The translations under genes and the position numbers were made by a program. Positions 1 to 12,193 of a stretch of 64,000 nucleotides of DNA are shown piece by piece (positions within the stretch are counted from its first letter, which is position 1; every line of letters begins with the position of its first letter). This stretch comes from Rotaria socialis (Eukaryota). Location: positions 124,001 to 188,000 of the forward strand of contig CAJNYD010000069.1 in NCBI GenBank assembly GCA_905331295.1, given 5' to 3'. The notes beneath the pieces are model-generated. The model did not search any database. It saw nothing but the letters and a program-made list of their open reading frames with translations, and was not told where the DNA came from.

Positions 1-612
1 TCATTAATATTAATGATTAATGAAAAACATTAACATTAATTTTAAAATTAATGTTTTCATTAACCATTAATATTAATGTCAATGTTCTTAAATGATATTA
101 ACGGTTAACGGAAACATTCACCATTAGTATGAATAGTAATGTTTTCGTTAATATTAGGGATTATACTTTCATTAATCATTAATATTAATGTTAATGTTTT
201 CATTAAAATCAATGACTTAATATTAATGGTTAATGTTTTCATGAAAGCATTATAACTTTCCATATTAAGTAATTAACACTTTCGGAGAAAACATTAGCTA
301 TTAAGATCAGTTAATTGATTAATAATTGTAGATAATGTTTCCTTAGAAAAGCCTAATTCAGTAATATGGAAAAATTAATGTTTTCATGAAAACATTAACA
401 TTAATATTAATGATTAATGAAAACATTAACATTAATATTAATGATTAATGAAAACATTAATTTTAAAATTAATGTTAATGTTTTTCATTAATCATTAATA
501 TTAATGAATTAAGTTTTTCTTAGAAAACATTAATCATTAAGATTAATGGCTAATGAAAGTCATTAATTAATGTCACTAATTAAGTTCCGTTAAAAAAAAT
601 GGTCCACCCCTA
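1..612. mobile_element. AT-rich foldback/MITE (hAT-like terminus), left end outside the window
   Basis: 1-60 is the exact reverse complement of 448-507, and the pairing extends imperfectly inward (61-86 with 422-447). Built of internal CATTAAT repeats. Right end ...GGTCCACCCCTA (reverse complement TAGGGGTGGACC) resembles the TAGGGG termini of other MITEs in this window. Confidence 0.8.
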
Positions 613-1991
613 CCTACACATGCAACTAATAGAACGACATGATTCTCAACAACAAACAGGAGAGGTCTCAGAAACTGTCTATCGAGGACAGTTGATGACT
701 AATGAAAAATTCGATAGAAGAATTCGAGATAATATTGGGGGCTTCTTCTCTGTTGGCGGCTTCTTATCTACAAGAATGAAGACAAATGTAGCTCTTGCTT
801 ATGCTGGTGAAGGCTCTGCACCGGATACACAACATGTTCTATTTCAAATTCATATCGATAATCAAGCTAATAAGTTTGCCTATGCAAATATTTCAAGTGA
901 AAGCGCATTCAATGAAGCAGAAAGTGAGATTTTATTTACAATGGGAGCAGTTTTCCGCGTGAAAGATTGTGTATGCGACAGTCAAGGTGTCTGGATTGTT
1001 GAATTAAAGTTGTCCGGGGAGGAAGATCAAGAGCTACGAAGACTATCGGAGTCTTTGGTGAAACAAATTTCCACACCCAAATCATTGCTGAATTTAGCGA
1101 AATTAATGATTATAATGGGAGAGCATGAGAAGGCGCTCAGATTTGCGCTCCAGCAAATAAAAGATAACTTGACTACTTCCGACGATGAATCTCTCCGAAC
1201 TTTGAGTAATGATTTTTGCTCGATATACGAGAGCCGAGGAGGTCATGAAAAATTAATCGAATTTAATAAAAAAATGCTGGAATTTAAGTTAAAACGCTTT
1301 TCGTCTACTGATCCATCTCTTCTATCGGATTATAATAATTTGGGAATTGCATATATGCATTTGGGTAATTATGATTCTGCTCTCTTGAACTTTAATCAGG
1401 CGATTAAGCACTGTATGTATGCACCGAAACAAAATGAAGCTTTAATTGCAGGCATTTACAATAATATTAGTTGTTGTTCGACAACGTTCAGATCAAGCTC
1501 AATATGGGCAAGTTGAGATGTTGCACTAGTAGAGATACATAATACCAGAATAATTTTTTGGAAAGGTGCACGCGGATCAAAAGCGTCCTAAACAAGTAAT
1601 GGATGCTTACAAAGAGTCTTTAAACCTGAAATCGAACACTCTTCCTCATAACGATCCCGCATTTGCAATTGCGCACAACAATATTGGCAAATTGTATTAC
1701 AGTTTAAAGAAATATGAGAAAGCCATCGAACACTATAAGCTAGCATTACAGATTGGCAAACTTTCGCTTCAGTATACACATCCAAATCTAGCAATTATCT
1801 ATGATAATTTAGCCATGTCTTATAATAAACAAGGGCAGTTGGAAGAGGCACTGGAGTGTCGTAAGCAACTACAGGACATCTACTCGAAAAACACGCGACT
1901 TAATCGTCGCAAAGTTATCAAATGTGACATATGGATTTATATGTCATTGAGTATAAGATTAAAGCAGCCAAGGCAAGGGGGAAACTACTGA
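613..1991 (+). pseudogene. Arginine-type (R-S-E) ADP-ribosyltransferase domain + TPR repeats; 5' part separated by the MITE insertion
   Basis: Motifs TVYRGQ, GFLST, VLFQI, ESEILFTMGAVFRV, then TPRs (YNNLGIAYMHLGNYDSAL, HNNIGKLYYSLKKYEKAIEHY, YDNLAMSYNKQGQLEEALE). The ORF start MVHP lies within the MITE end. The two ORFs can be joined by a GC-AG intron at 1508-1565. Confidence 0.8.
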
Positions 1992-2023
1992 TTTAACTCA
2001 GCTGAAACTCAAAATAAATCACT

Positions 2024-2100
2024 CAAACTCATTTTAGATCACTAAACTCATCCTAACTTATTTTAGATCACTAAACTCATCCAAACTCATTTTAGATCAC
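2024..2100. repeat. Tandem repeat, ~29-bp unit, ~2.7 copies
   Basis: CAAACTCATTTTAGATCACTAAACTCATC repeated with few mismatches. Confidence 0.8.
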
Positions 2101-3111
2101 CAATTTTAATTGAAAAAGTTTTTTCCATTCTCACAATACAATTGCATTTAACAGTTTTATTCAACTGACATCTTAAGTTTTCTAAATTTTTAACGAAAAT
2201 AAAGAAAATCATGCTAATTTAGCTACAATCACTGAATATTATTTTTGCATCGTTAAGCGTCGAGTGTATTTCTTTCTTTTCGATTAAGTTAGTAGCCATG
2301 TGCTTTTACGAACAGTAACATATCTTAACGAATGTTATTAGTACATTTTTCGTTAGAGTAGAATGAAGGAGAGAGATCATGAGAGACATAGAGAGAAAAT
2401 TCATCCTTCGTCGTGTATGTAACTGAAACAAAATTATCGAAAATTTTACATTTGTTTCTGTCCTATATTTCTTTACATTCATTATTTTCATCTAACCATC
2501 GTTTGTCTAACATATCTTTTATTTGTTTGTTGTATGTTTATTAGTCGGCATGATTTTCATTTTGCACGTTTGTCTTTATTCATATAAACATGATCCATGT
2601 AATGAATCACATAATTTTGAGCACTTTTTTCCTGAAAAAGAAACGAAGAAGAATGAAAACTTATAAAATAAATTTAAATTACTTTTCCATTGTCTCTAAT
2701 AGATCACTTGACTTGCCAATCACTGTTCACTCTTTCATATTGTTTCTTCACTTTTTGAATGTGTTTATTTTACTTCAATTATTTCGAAAAATGAACGGAT
2801 TCCTTTTATGCTTTTAGGAACAAAAATATAAACAGAAATTTTACCGACAAAAGGCCGAGAATGATAATGTAAGTTTTACATTTTCTATCAAGTCTATGAG
2901 AAGCCAGAATATTGTGCATGGCAGCGATAGACACGAAAAATTAAGCACATAAACAGCAAGAGAAGTACAAAACATTCTAAAAGCTTTAAGCAACCGTTCT
3001 ACTCGAGACATCATTTTCACTTAGCCATGTCATGAGTTAGTATCATTGTCATGTTGACGAATTGAAAATATCAGGCAAAAACATATACTAGCTTTGATTT
3101 TCATCTTTCAG

Positions 3112-3432
3112 TTAGTTTCACAAATTGATCGAATGTCGGTAGACATTAATCATCTAAAAAGTGAAATTTCAAACCTAAAATTGGACCATCTATTTCGATC
3201 AAATGATTTAAAAATTGAAAATAACAATTAAAAAAATGAAAACAAAAACCTAAGAATTCAAATAAAAAAATCAGAAACACGATTCAAAGCTATTCCACGG
3301 CAATATAAAATGGAGATTGATACTTTAAAATATAGATTAATTAAAGCTCAAATAAATAGAAAAAAAGAACGACAACGTGTTCAAAAATCTCTTCGTATTC
3401 GTCGAATTTTGTCCGATGATGATAAAGATTAA
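3112..3432 (+). pseudogene. Coiled-coil exon-like remnant with in-frame stop
   Basis: After a TTTCAG acceptor, 107 codons read LVSQIDRMSVDINHLKSEISNLK...RRILSDDDKD*, with a single internal TAA at 3229. Confidence 0.4.
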
Positions 3433-3436
3433 TAAA

Positions 3437-3623
3437 TCCAGATTGACGATGACGGACTTCGAATACGGCTGTAAGCGACCGTATACGCTCCATATACGAC
3501 CATGAGCGGTCGTATTTTAGCGTTTTACATGGCCCAGTATTACAGTCGCATATCGCCGTGACCGTAAACGACCATTTTTGTCTCCGTATACGGTTGTTTA
3601 CGACCGTGCTTATTTAACCTGGG
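3437..3623. mobile_element. Short GC-elevated non-autonomous element ending CCTGGG
   Basis: Internal inverted motifs (CGACCGTATACG / CGTATACGGTTG). Termini TCCAGA...CCTGGG match the end type of the 5228-5546 element. Confidence 0.6.
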
Positions 3624-4195
3624 AAGGTACAATTTCGATTTTCTGTAATAATTATTGCTTGCATTTTTCTTCCATTTTAAAGATTAAATTACTCGTTTAA
3701 TAAAAACAATTACAAGAAAAAAAATATAAATGTCAAAAACATTTAAAAAAATGATATTCGTTGATTAGCAGTTTGTTGTTTGGTAGGTATCGCTGCTAAT
3801 AATTCTTTGGTTGTAATACAAATGTTTTCATAGTTGTCTTCCATTATCAAATAATCAAGAAGATGAATTTTGTCAACAATATGTATGGAAGTACAACGTA
3901 CCACAAAGGTTACTGGTGTAAGACTCAATTCAAAATAGAATTTATATTGAAAAAAAGGGCGATTTTCTAGAGGAATAGCAACAAGTGTTAGACCGTATTC
4001 CAATATCACTGGTATGAATGCTATTCAAGGAGGGATACATCCTTGACTGTGCTTAGAGAATGTTTTTATCACACAATAGTCTTCTGGTAACCATGGAATT
4101 GTATAACTAATGAGTATGAGATCTCACGTGTTCTTAAATGCTACGCATGTAGTGATAACATAAAATTCCAATAGTAAATGCCTCATAGTGACAGA

Positions 4196-4908
4196 GATGT
4201 CATAATATCCTAACACTGGGTATCGTTGACATACCAGTCACGATATCCATTCAAGTGGATATCTAAAATGGATACTAAAATGAATACCCATGTTCCTCAT
4301 AGCTGAGGAATTTGAGTGCATTTGGTGTAACGAGAATGGGTATCGGAAATGGATACCCTATTGTAGAAATACGCGACTTTATAATTATAAATAAGAAAAC
4401 GTGATGCTATGTTAAAATTTAATGTATTCATGTAGTCAGCTTTATGCCAATGTTTATCGATATGTACAGATTTGTTTAATGAGTATTGCAGATAGCGTGC
4501 AATTCCAAGTAAATGTTCGTTGAAGAACTTCATTTTTACCTGATAACAATTTATTACGACTTTCATCAAAATCACTCAAGGAAATCGGGTTGAAACTGTA
4601 GCATGCTGTGTAGTTGGTGTTGTTGTGGATCGTCACATGTATGTTATTTGAATTGTGGCTTATATTAATTTGTTTGAAGTAGGACCTGGCAGTAGGAAAA
4701 TTTCCGGTACCCAATCTCGTTACACCGAATACACTCAAATTCCTCAGCTCTGGGGATATATAAAAATGGATACCCATTCTTGTTACACCAAATGCACTCA
4801 AATTCCTCAGCTCTGGGGATACGTAGATATCCATCCAACTGGGTATCCTAGCTGGGTATCCTATCTGGGTATTCATCTCGATACGCAAGTTGTGGATATT
4901 ATGACATC
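4196..4908. mobile_element. MITE-like element with 15-bp inverted repeats and subterminal repeats
   Basis: GATGTCATAATATCC (4196-4210) and GGATATTATGACATC (4894-4908) are perfect inverted repeats. The block AGCTGAGGAATTTGAGTGCATTTGGTGTAAC (~4300-4331) recurs inverted twice at ~4710-4815. Confidence 0.75.
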
Positions 4909-5047
4909 CCTCCATAGTGATTGAAAATAAACTAAAGTGATCTCACTCATCAGCAAGTGAGAATGCAATAACTCAAACTTGAAGTGATTAAAAGTCTTGC
5001 TAATGCAGTGCTACGCATCGTATTTCTTATTCGAGTACAATTTGAAT

Positions 5048-5864
5048 ATCACCTAGTCCCATATCGACTCTCCCTCACTGAGTCACCGGAGGAGTCCTCG
5101 AAAAACTGAGAAATCCCTAGAGACTCCCTGAGGGATTTATCAGAAAGTGCAGGAATGTATTCACTGTCTTCTTTAGCGCTTTTGAAAGTATATAAGAAAC
5201 TGAAAATTTAGAAAAAATAATTGTTAACCCAGGTCGTGGACGTACGGCGGGAAACAGCCGGAAAGCACAGGAAAGCGCTGGAAACTGGAAGCAGTATTCC
5301 AGTTGGAAGTTACCGGATTTTCTTCCTGTAGATTCCGATCAACTTTCAGATGTAAAACACAGAAAACTGACCGGAAAACACAGGAAACTGACCGGAATCC
5401 ACAGGAAAAAAATCCGGTAACTTCCAACTGGAATACTGCTTCCAGTTTCCAGCGCTTTCCCGTGCTTTCCGGCCAGATACGGTGATTTTTCCGCATCTTT
5501 CCGGCCGGTTCCTACAGTATCCGTCCTCCGGAATCATTGACCTGGGAAGTTTTCACATCAAATTTTGTCCAAGTGGTAAATATCATTTGAACTGCTGTCT
5601 AATACTCTCTCAACGATAACTTATCATTTTCAGGTGATTGTTAAATCACCAAAATTGTCTACTGAGACGTGGCTTACTGAATGGCTTTGGCAGAAGATCC
5701 TCTTAGAAAGAGGCAGATTAGAAAAAATGAGTTTCGGTTCACAAGGAGATAACAAAAGTTAAATGACTTAGAGACTCCTGAGAATCGCTAAACTCCTTGT
5801 GAAATGCCTGATAATTTATGTTGACTTCCAGGGAACGTTTTAGGGAGAGTTGACTAGGGGTGAT
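5048..5864. mobile_element. Degenerate TIR element (MULE-like) hosting a nested MITE
   Basis: Left ATCACCTAGTCCCATATCGACTCTCCCT and right AGGGAGAGTTGACTAGGGGTGAT are imperfect inverted ends. 5067-5130 resembles the reverse complement of 26057-26120 in the MULE remnant. Confidence 0.5.
5228..5546. mobile_element. GC-rich palindromic MITE (CCCAGGTC...GACCTGGG)
   Basis: 8-bp terminal inverted repeats and ~80-bp near-perfect internal arms at 5258-5337 and 5393-5473. Confidence 0.85.
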
Positions 5865-6703
5865 TTCTTCATAAAGTACATCATGACACATTTTTTTCTA
5901 ATGCAAATAAATCATTTATATTGAAAGATACCATCTTTCGTTCGGTCGATAAATAGGTTTAAATGTTTGAGTTTTATTGAATAGATTGCTTCAAGGAATC
6001 TTTTATCTTTGAAATTAAGATTTAAAAAATTCAAACATGCTTTAATATTTGATTTAAAAAACTACAATCTGCTTTATTTTTTCTCAAATAAAACTAAACT
6101 TACGAATTCTAAACACAGGTAGAAACTAAGAACAAGAGAAAAAAATATATCGGGGTCGGATGGCGCAAGCAGTTTCATATTTGATGTTATAGAATCGTTG
6201 GCAACGTTAAAAGTGTCAACTATATTTCGAAGTATATTGTTTTATTTTGTTTTTGGTATTTTTAGTTATTTTATGATTTTTTTTGGCGTTTTAATTTATT
6301 TTATGTTTATTTTTGCATTTTCACTTCATTTTGATTTTTTTTTAGTATTTTTAGTTATTTTACGTTTTTTTTTGGTAGCTTTTGAACATATTCCATTAGA
6401 TTTGAAAATTATCAAATCAGTAATAGAAGTAACTGACTCGACACAGAGCCGAACCCGACAGCTTACAAGAACAACAGAAATGCATTATAACTTGCATATT
6501 GTTATGTATGGTGAAATTATATATATATATATATATGTATGTGTCATCGCATGAGACATATCAGCATGTGTCTATTCGTATGTTAGACAGGAAACAAAAT
6601 GCATTTTCTTTTATAGTCAGTAGGTGATAAGTTCTTATGTTCTCGTTTACAGCAATAGATTGATAACAGTTCGTCTAGATTGTAACATAAAGTTATGCGT
6701 TCG

Positions 6704-8657
6704 TTAAGATAAATATTCGTGTTGTCTACTAAATGAAAAACATGATATCATTACAAAAAACGAATGTTTCAACGACGGAAAATAAACATGAAAATCTTTT
6801 GCTTGCGCTATTATCGAACGATAATCGCTACCATCAGGATTGCTAAAACTGTGAAAAACTAATTCTTCCACATTGATACAATTAAGTCTCGTTGCATTTC
6901 TAGTAAATTTATTTGTTATAGTTTTCAATTGATTATAATCCATCACTAATTCTCTCAGGTAAGGTAAACATGTTTTTTATTCATTTAACATTTGCTCAAC
7001 ATAATCAATATGTGCGCGGTCAAATTCAAGTGATGTAAGATAAAGATATTGCACAACCTCAAATGATTCATTATTGTCATGTTTAGATTTAACTGAATTT
7101 GTTGGCTGTGCTTATCAATTTGCAATGAATAAAGCTTCCAATAATGGAAAACATCGAGCCAGTCGAACAAAATATTCATGTTTGAATGCAATCGTGTCAT
7201 ATATACATAAAAAAAATAACATTCTTGTATATCCTATACGTTAAAATTTAAATGGAAGTGAGAAAACATTGTATGTGATATCAAACTCATTGATATGACT
7301 GATACTACAACCAGCTCGTCCAAATTTTACATTAGAAAAAGTTAGTTGATTATCATCATTTGATAAAGAAGTAGCCGTGTGATTACCACTAGTAAAAGTG
7401 CAGATATAAAAACCGAATGTTTGAAGTTTTGACAAATAAATAAGAACGTTATTTTCAAGTTGAATACCATTGACAAGTCTATTTCGTTCCTTGATTTGAA
7501 TATATAATGTTAAATCTTGGAGATTACACATTTTACGAAGAAAGCGTACAACTTGATTATCATACTCATTAGTTAAAGATTGATATGTCAATGAGAAACA
7601 TTTCAAATTATGTAAAACATTCTAAAACATACAACATAATCAGTTTTTATCACTTTCAGAAAGAAATTTTTCGATCTGGAACTGACTAATAGAAATCTTC
7701 AAAGTCAAATCCGATGGACTCATGACTATCTACCTTCAAGAATATTTATAAAGCTAGGCAGATTTTAAATGATCATATCATTAAAATGATGCTTTGGTAC
7801 ACATTAATTGATAACTATTCATTTCGATATAGCATTTATACAAGAGAGGTGGATGTTGAGGAAGTTTTTGGTAAATAAAAGACGTAAAACAGAAGATTTA
7901 AAATAAAAAATAAAATTGCTTCTAATTTTCTTCAAGTCATCGGTGTTAATTATAAATACGAACATAAATGTATTTTCAAAAAAGCACATAGATGAAAATA
8001 AGAATAAATCTTCGTAACCTACTGAGTTGAATTCCATCGATGAACAGTCTTTGACATGAATGATAGTAACAATAAATGTAGATAATTGATTGAGACGACC
8101 ATCAAGTAAACGAAGGCAATCTCCAAAAGTATCCACAATAATACATCATTTAGTTAGCTTTGATGAAACAAACGTATTTGATGGTAAATCGACAGAGGAT
8201 AAAATTGGATTTTTAGTAAAAGATATTCCAATACAAGTCAAACAGTGTAAATTCTTAAAGAAATCAAAAAGTTTGATATTTACATTGGTCGTCTGATCTG
8301 TCCTTCCTACTTTACCACCGCGGTCAGTTATTGTAAGATCTGTAATTTGTTTTTTGAAGTTGTATCGGAAAAGTAATTCATCTAAACATAAAATACAAAT
8401 AGATATCACAATCTTCTATTAAACAAGTTACTTACCTGTACAAAAAGGTAAAAAAACATTTGCACGAAATTTGAATAATTTGAGTTGTGTAAGATTTGAA
8501 TAAAGAGACCGACACGTAAAATACGATCCATAGTTGCTGTTGTTTCCAAATAAAGACATTCAACATTGTATGGAATTCGACACCTTGTGCTAGAAGATCA
8601 AGTCCTTCAATTCCGATTAATGAATAGAGAACATCTACATTGTTCAATCTTTTTAAG
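6704..8657 (-). pseudogene. Fragmented F-box/LRR-like gene of a lineage-expanded family
   Basis: Collinear fragments in shifting frames: LKRLNNVDVLYSLIGIEGLDLL, FGDCLRLLDGRLNQLSTFIVTI, KCFSLTYQSLTNEYDNQVVRFLRKMCNLQDLTLYI, FTRNATRLNCINVEEL, KDFHVYFPSL. The 5' end is replaced by GGGTGTTGGTGTG repeat-like sequence. Confidence 0.65.
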
Positions 8658-8840
8658 GTCTTTCGTGGGTGTTGGTGTGAGCATTCCTGTAACTTGTGTA
8701 CCCCGCATATGTGCACCCAAATTTCACTAACTCTCAGCACCATCTATCAACTATAGCTTGGGATTCGCTAATGTATCCCTACCATTAATAATTATGGTCT
8801 CATAATTCATTAAATAAAACTTCTACTAATAAAAGTAAAA

Positions 8841-9589
8841 ATGGTGAAGACATATATTGGTCAATGGTTATATACATTTCCTTGGTCTCAGGTTGTGAGC
8901 GGTTTTTGGCAAAAATTTCCAAATCCGTATACGTATGCAGTTTTTTGTTTTTCTTAACCTGTTTGAAATACGGTGCTTAAATTATATTAGGGGTCATATT
9001 TTATCTGAAGATACATATTATCGAACAGTAACTGACGATCAAAAATTAATATCCAAACGTGTATTAGCTAAAACAAATAAATTACCACGATGGGGTGAAC
9101 GCATATTTTATCGCGGTTCAGCTTCAACAATCGGATTTATTATTGAAGAATCTGTATGTGATTTAAAAGAGAAAATATTTACAACAAATACAGTGAATAT
9201 CAATATGAAATCATTAATGGTAAATAATTAAAGATTTAGATTTTGTTTTTTATGTATTTATTCTCTAGACTGTAGAAGAAACTTGTACATATCGACCTGA
9301 TAAAGAGGATGAAACAAGAACAATATGTGAAAAAAAAGTTGTTGCCAAAGGAGAATTATTCGGTTTTAAGACGACATTAGAAACATTTGCTATGCAACGT
9401 TATAAAAAAAATCATGAATTAGCCAGTCTTGGATTAGAATTTATACTTCATAAATTATATTTACCACAACTACCACCGCCACCTGTTGTGGGCATTAAAA
9501 CGCCAGATACTCGAACATTCTCGAGAAAACTTAGTGATAAAGCAAAGCACCTATTAAAGTCATCCAGCAATGATACACTTGAATGTTAA
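8841..9589 (+). CDS. PRELID1: PRELI/MSF1-domain mitochondrial lipid-transfer protein, 3 exons
   Basis: MVKTYIGQWLYTFPWSQVVSGFWQKFPNPYT / HILSEDT...KTNKLPRWGERIF...IIEESVCD / TVEETCTYRPD. GT-AG introns at ~8933-8990 and ~9220-9268. Confidence 0.88.
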
Positions 9590-9739
9590 CATGATTCACG
9601 CTTTTTTTTATTCTTCTTTTCGTTAATATCATATATAAAAATGTTACTGTGTATTGTTATAGTTTCTTTTACAGTAGCCTTTGTGAATTTGATTTTCTAC
9701 TTACAGATATCTCTCATCATTAATTTATAACGAAATCCA

Positions 9740-11109
9740 ATGTCATTAAGTAGCGATAATATTGTATTAGTAACTGCTGGCTATGATCGAACGATACGCT
9801 TTTGGCATGCTAATACTGCAGTTGTCTATCGAACAATCATGCATGAAGATTCAGTAAGAATAATGACGAAATTTTACTATGAAAAACCTAGACGATTTGG
9901 TTTTTCGTTATTTTTATTTAGCCAACGAATTGTTTAGCGATACATCCACAGAAAACTTTATTAGCCGCCGGTAGTTATCAACATATAAAGATGTATGATT
10001 TAATGTCGAACAATCCAAATCCAGTAATGAAACTTGATCAATTACAGAAAAATATAGTCACATTAGGATTCAGTGATGATAAACATTTTATGTTTTCCGG
10101 TGGTGAAGATCATTGTGTAAGAATTTGGGATATGAGGTTCGTTGATTATTAGATTATCTTGTTGAAACGAATTATGTTTGAATAAATAGAGCAGCAAAAA
10201 CTAAAGCTCATCGACAAATGTCTTTTCCTGCTGCTGTTAATTGTGTTACACTTCATCCGAATCAGGTTTGATTTCTACTATCAACAATAAATATATCATT
10301 ATTTATGTTTCTATAGACAGAACTGTTAGTCGGTGATCAAGATGGAACAATCTTCCGTTGGGATTTGACCAATGAAAAAATCGACACATGGCAAAAATGT
10401 GAGAGATATGTAAGTCGTTTTGTTTTTTTGACATAGAAATGATACAATTTTCTATTGCAGATTATTGATGCAAATAATCCAAGTGCAATTCGGTCGGCTT
10501 CAATTAATCGCGATGCTTCCATGATGGCTGCTGTTACGAGTAATGTAAATATCAGTTGTTTAATGAGTGATTTTTGTTTAAAAAAAAAACAAATTTATCT
10601 ATGAAATAAATAGGGTGATTGTCAAATATGGTCAATGACTGGATTTTCTCCACAAATGCGTGTTATTCCTCGTAAGAATTTTCCTGCACACAACCGTTAT
10701 GGATTAAAATGTCTATTTTCACCTGATATGACGTATGTGCATATTGTTTTCATTGACAACTCTAACGGTTTAGTTCTTTTTTGTCAGTTTACTAGCGACT
10801 ACATCAGCTGATGGAACAGCAAAAATTTGGCGTACTTCAGATCTTGCTTGTCTATATGAATTAAAACATGATCGATTACAAAATTGGGTGTGGGATTGTG
10901 CGTTTACATCGGATTCTGTCTTTCTTCTAACAGGTTCGTATCGTATCGTATCCTATTTCTTTTTGTTTTATTCGAAAATTTCATTTTTAGTATGTTCGGA
11001 TGGTAAAGCTCGTCTATGGTCGACTGAGACTGGTAATGTTGCAAAAGAATATATTGGCCATCAGAAACCGGTCACTTGTCTTGCTTTCGATGATCGAACT
11101 TTTCGATAA
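9740..11109 (+). CDS. MLST8: TOR complex subunit LST8 (WD40), multi-exon
   Basis: LVTAGYDRTIRFW...HEDS, AAGSYQHIKMYDL...NPNP, FSGGEDHCVRIWD, LHPNQ, AHNRYGLKCLFSPD, LATTSADGTAKIW, WVWDCAF, GHQKPVTCLAFDD. Confidence 0.95.
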
Positions 11110-12193
11110 ATGAACTATAATATGTGTATATGTACATATTTATGCATGCTAAAGCTTGTCCTAAAAAGAACTTTTTCACATGCTCACTATTGATTGAATT
11201 TAATTATCTCTTATTTTATCTTATTTTTTCCATGTACGATACACATAAGCCGAGCTCCGAGGCTTATTTTAACATAGACATCTGAAAATGTGTGCGTTTC
11301 AAGTCTTTGTTTTGAACACCTAATTTCAAGGTTAAACAAACACTGACAAGACTAAGTATCTTATCACAATTGAGGCACTTGTTAGCGAGTTACATAGATT
11401 TTTTCAGACTTTATTTTCTTGACCAAAAATAATCTTGCCGAGAAAATTTTTCATTTATTCAACACGAAACTTATACCTGTTCACCCGGAATAAAATACCT
11501 TCGGGCTCGATGTTCTGTGTATTCTACTTTACAATCGTGTCGTCAAAAAATGAAAACTCGATCAATTCATGTCTCATTTCAATTAGAGAACGAAAGAAAC
11601 TTTTAAAGACATCTCTGTATTGCTAATTGTATTTGTGTTTATTGATTAATATGATTGTTCTTTTTTTTTTGAGAATATAAAAAGTAATATTTTTATTATA
11701 ACAACGCTCAGAGAACGGTCTATTTCAGCGTGAGAAGAGACAAATCATCGATTCGAAAGAAAAAATATCGTCTGTCTATCTTATAAGACATTTCAAAGAT
11801 GATTTATTTATGACGTTTCTATGGGAATCATCATTCATTTTCTATTTGTGCTTTATCTTTAACATAAATACAAATATTTACAGTGCCAAAACTCCAGAGG
11901 CGTCAAGCTCGCCGATCAGTATAGATACGAGAATTATTAAAATAAAATTTTCTATTGTCGATCAATAGTGACATCTAGTGAAATTTTTACTGCACAAGTA
12001 TTTTGTGAGTACTGCCATGGCGTTTGTTTTGTCAACCTCTCATTTTTATTGCTAGCTTTTTTTCTTCCATGTTCTTAGTAATACATCGATCCGTCGTTTG
12101 TCCATTGTTGTTCATTGTTATGTTTATATTTTTTTTTTTATGTAATTTTTTTCTAGATCTCATTCCATTCTGTCTCTTAATTTAAATAACAAT

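Noticed and set aside
4700..4830. Direct repeats that could suggest a CRISPR array
   Set aside because: Only two copies, no unique spacers, inside a TIR element in a eukaryotic genome.
4297..5537. Overlapping ORFs on both strands with repeated peptides
   Set aside because: By-products of GC-richer palindromic MITE sequence; no protein motifs.
6198..6554. Phe-rich 118-aa ORF resembling a membrane protein
   Set aside because: Translation of T-rich low-complexity DNA with a TTG start.
11295..11360. Weak stem-loop downstream of MLST8
   Set aside because: Pairing is too interrupted to call an RNA gene.
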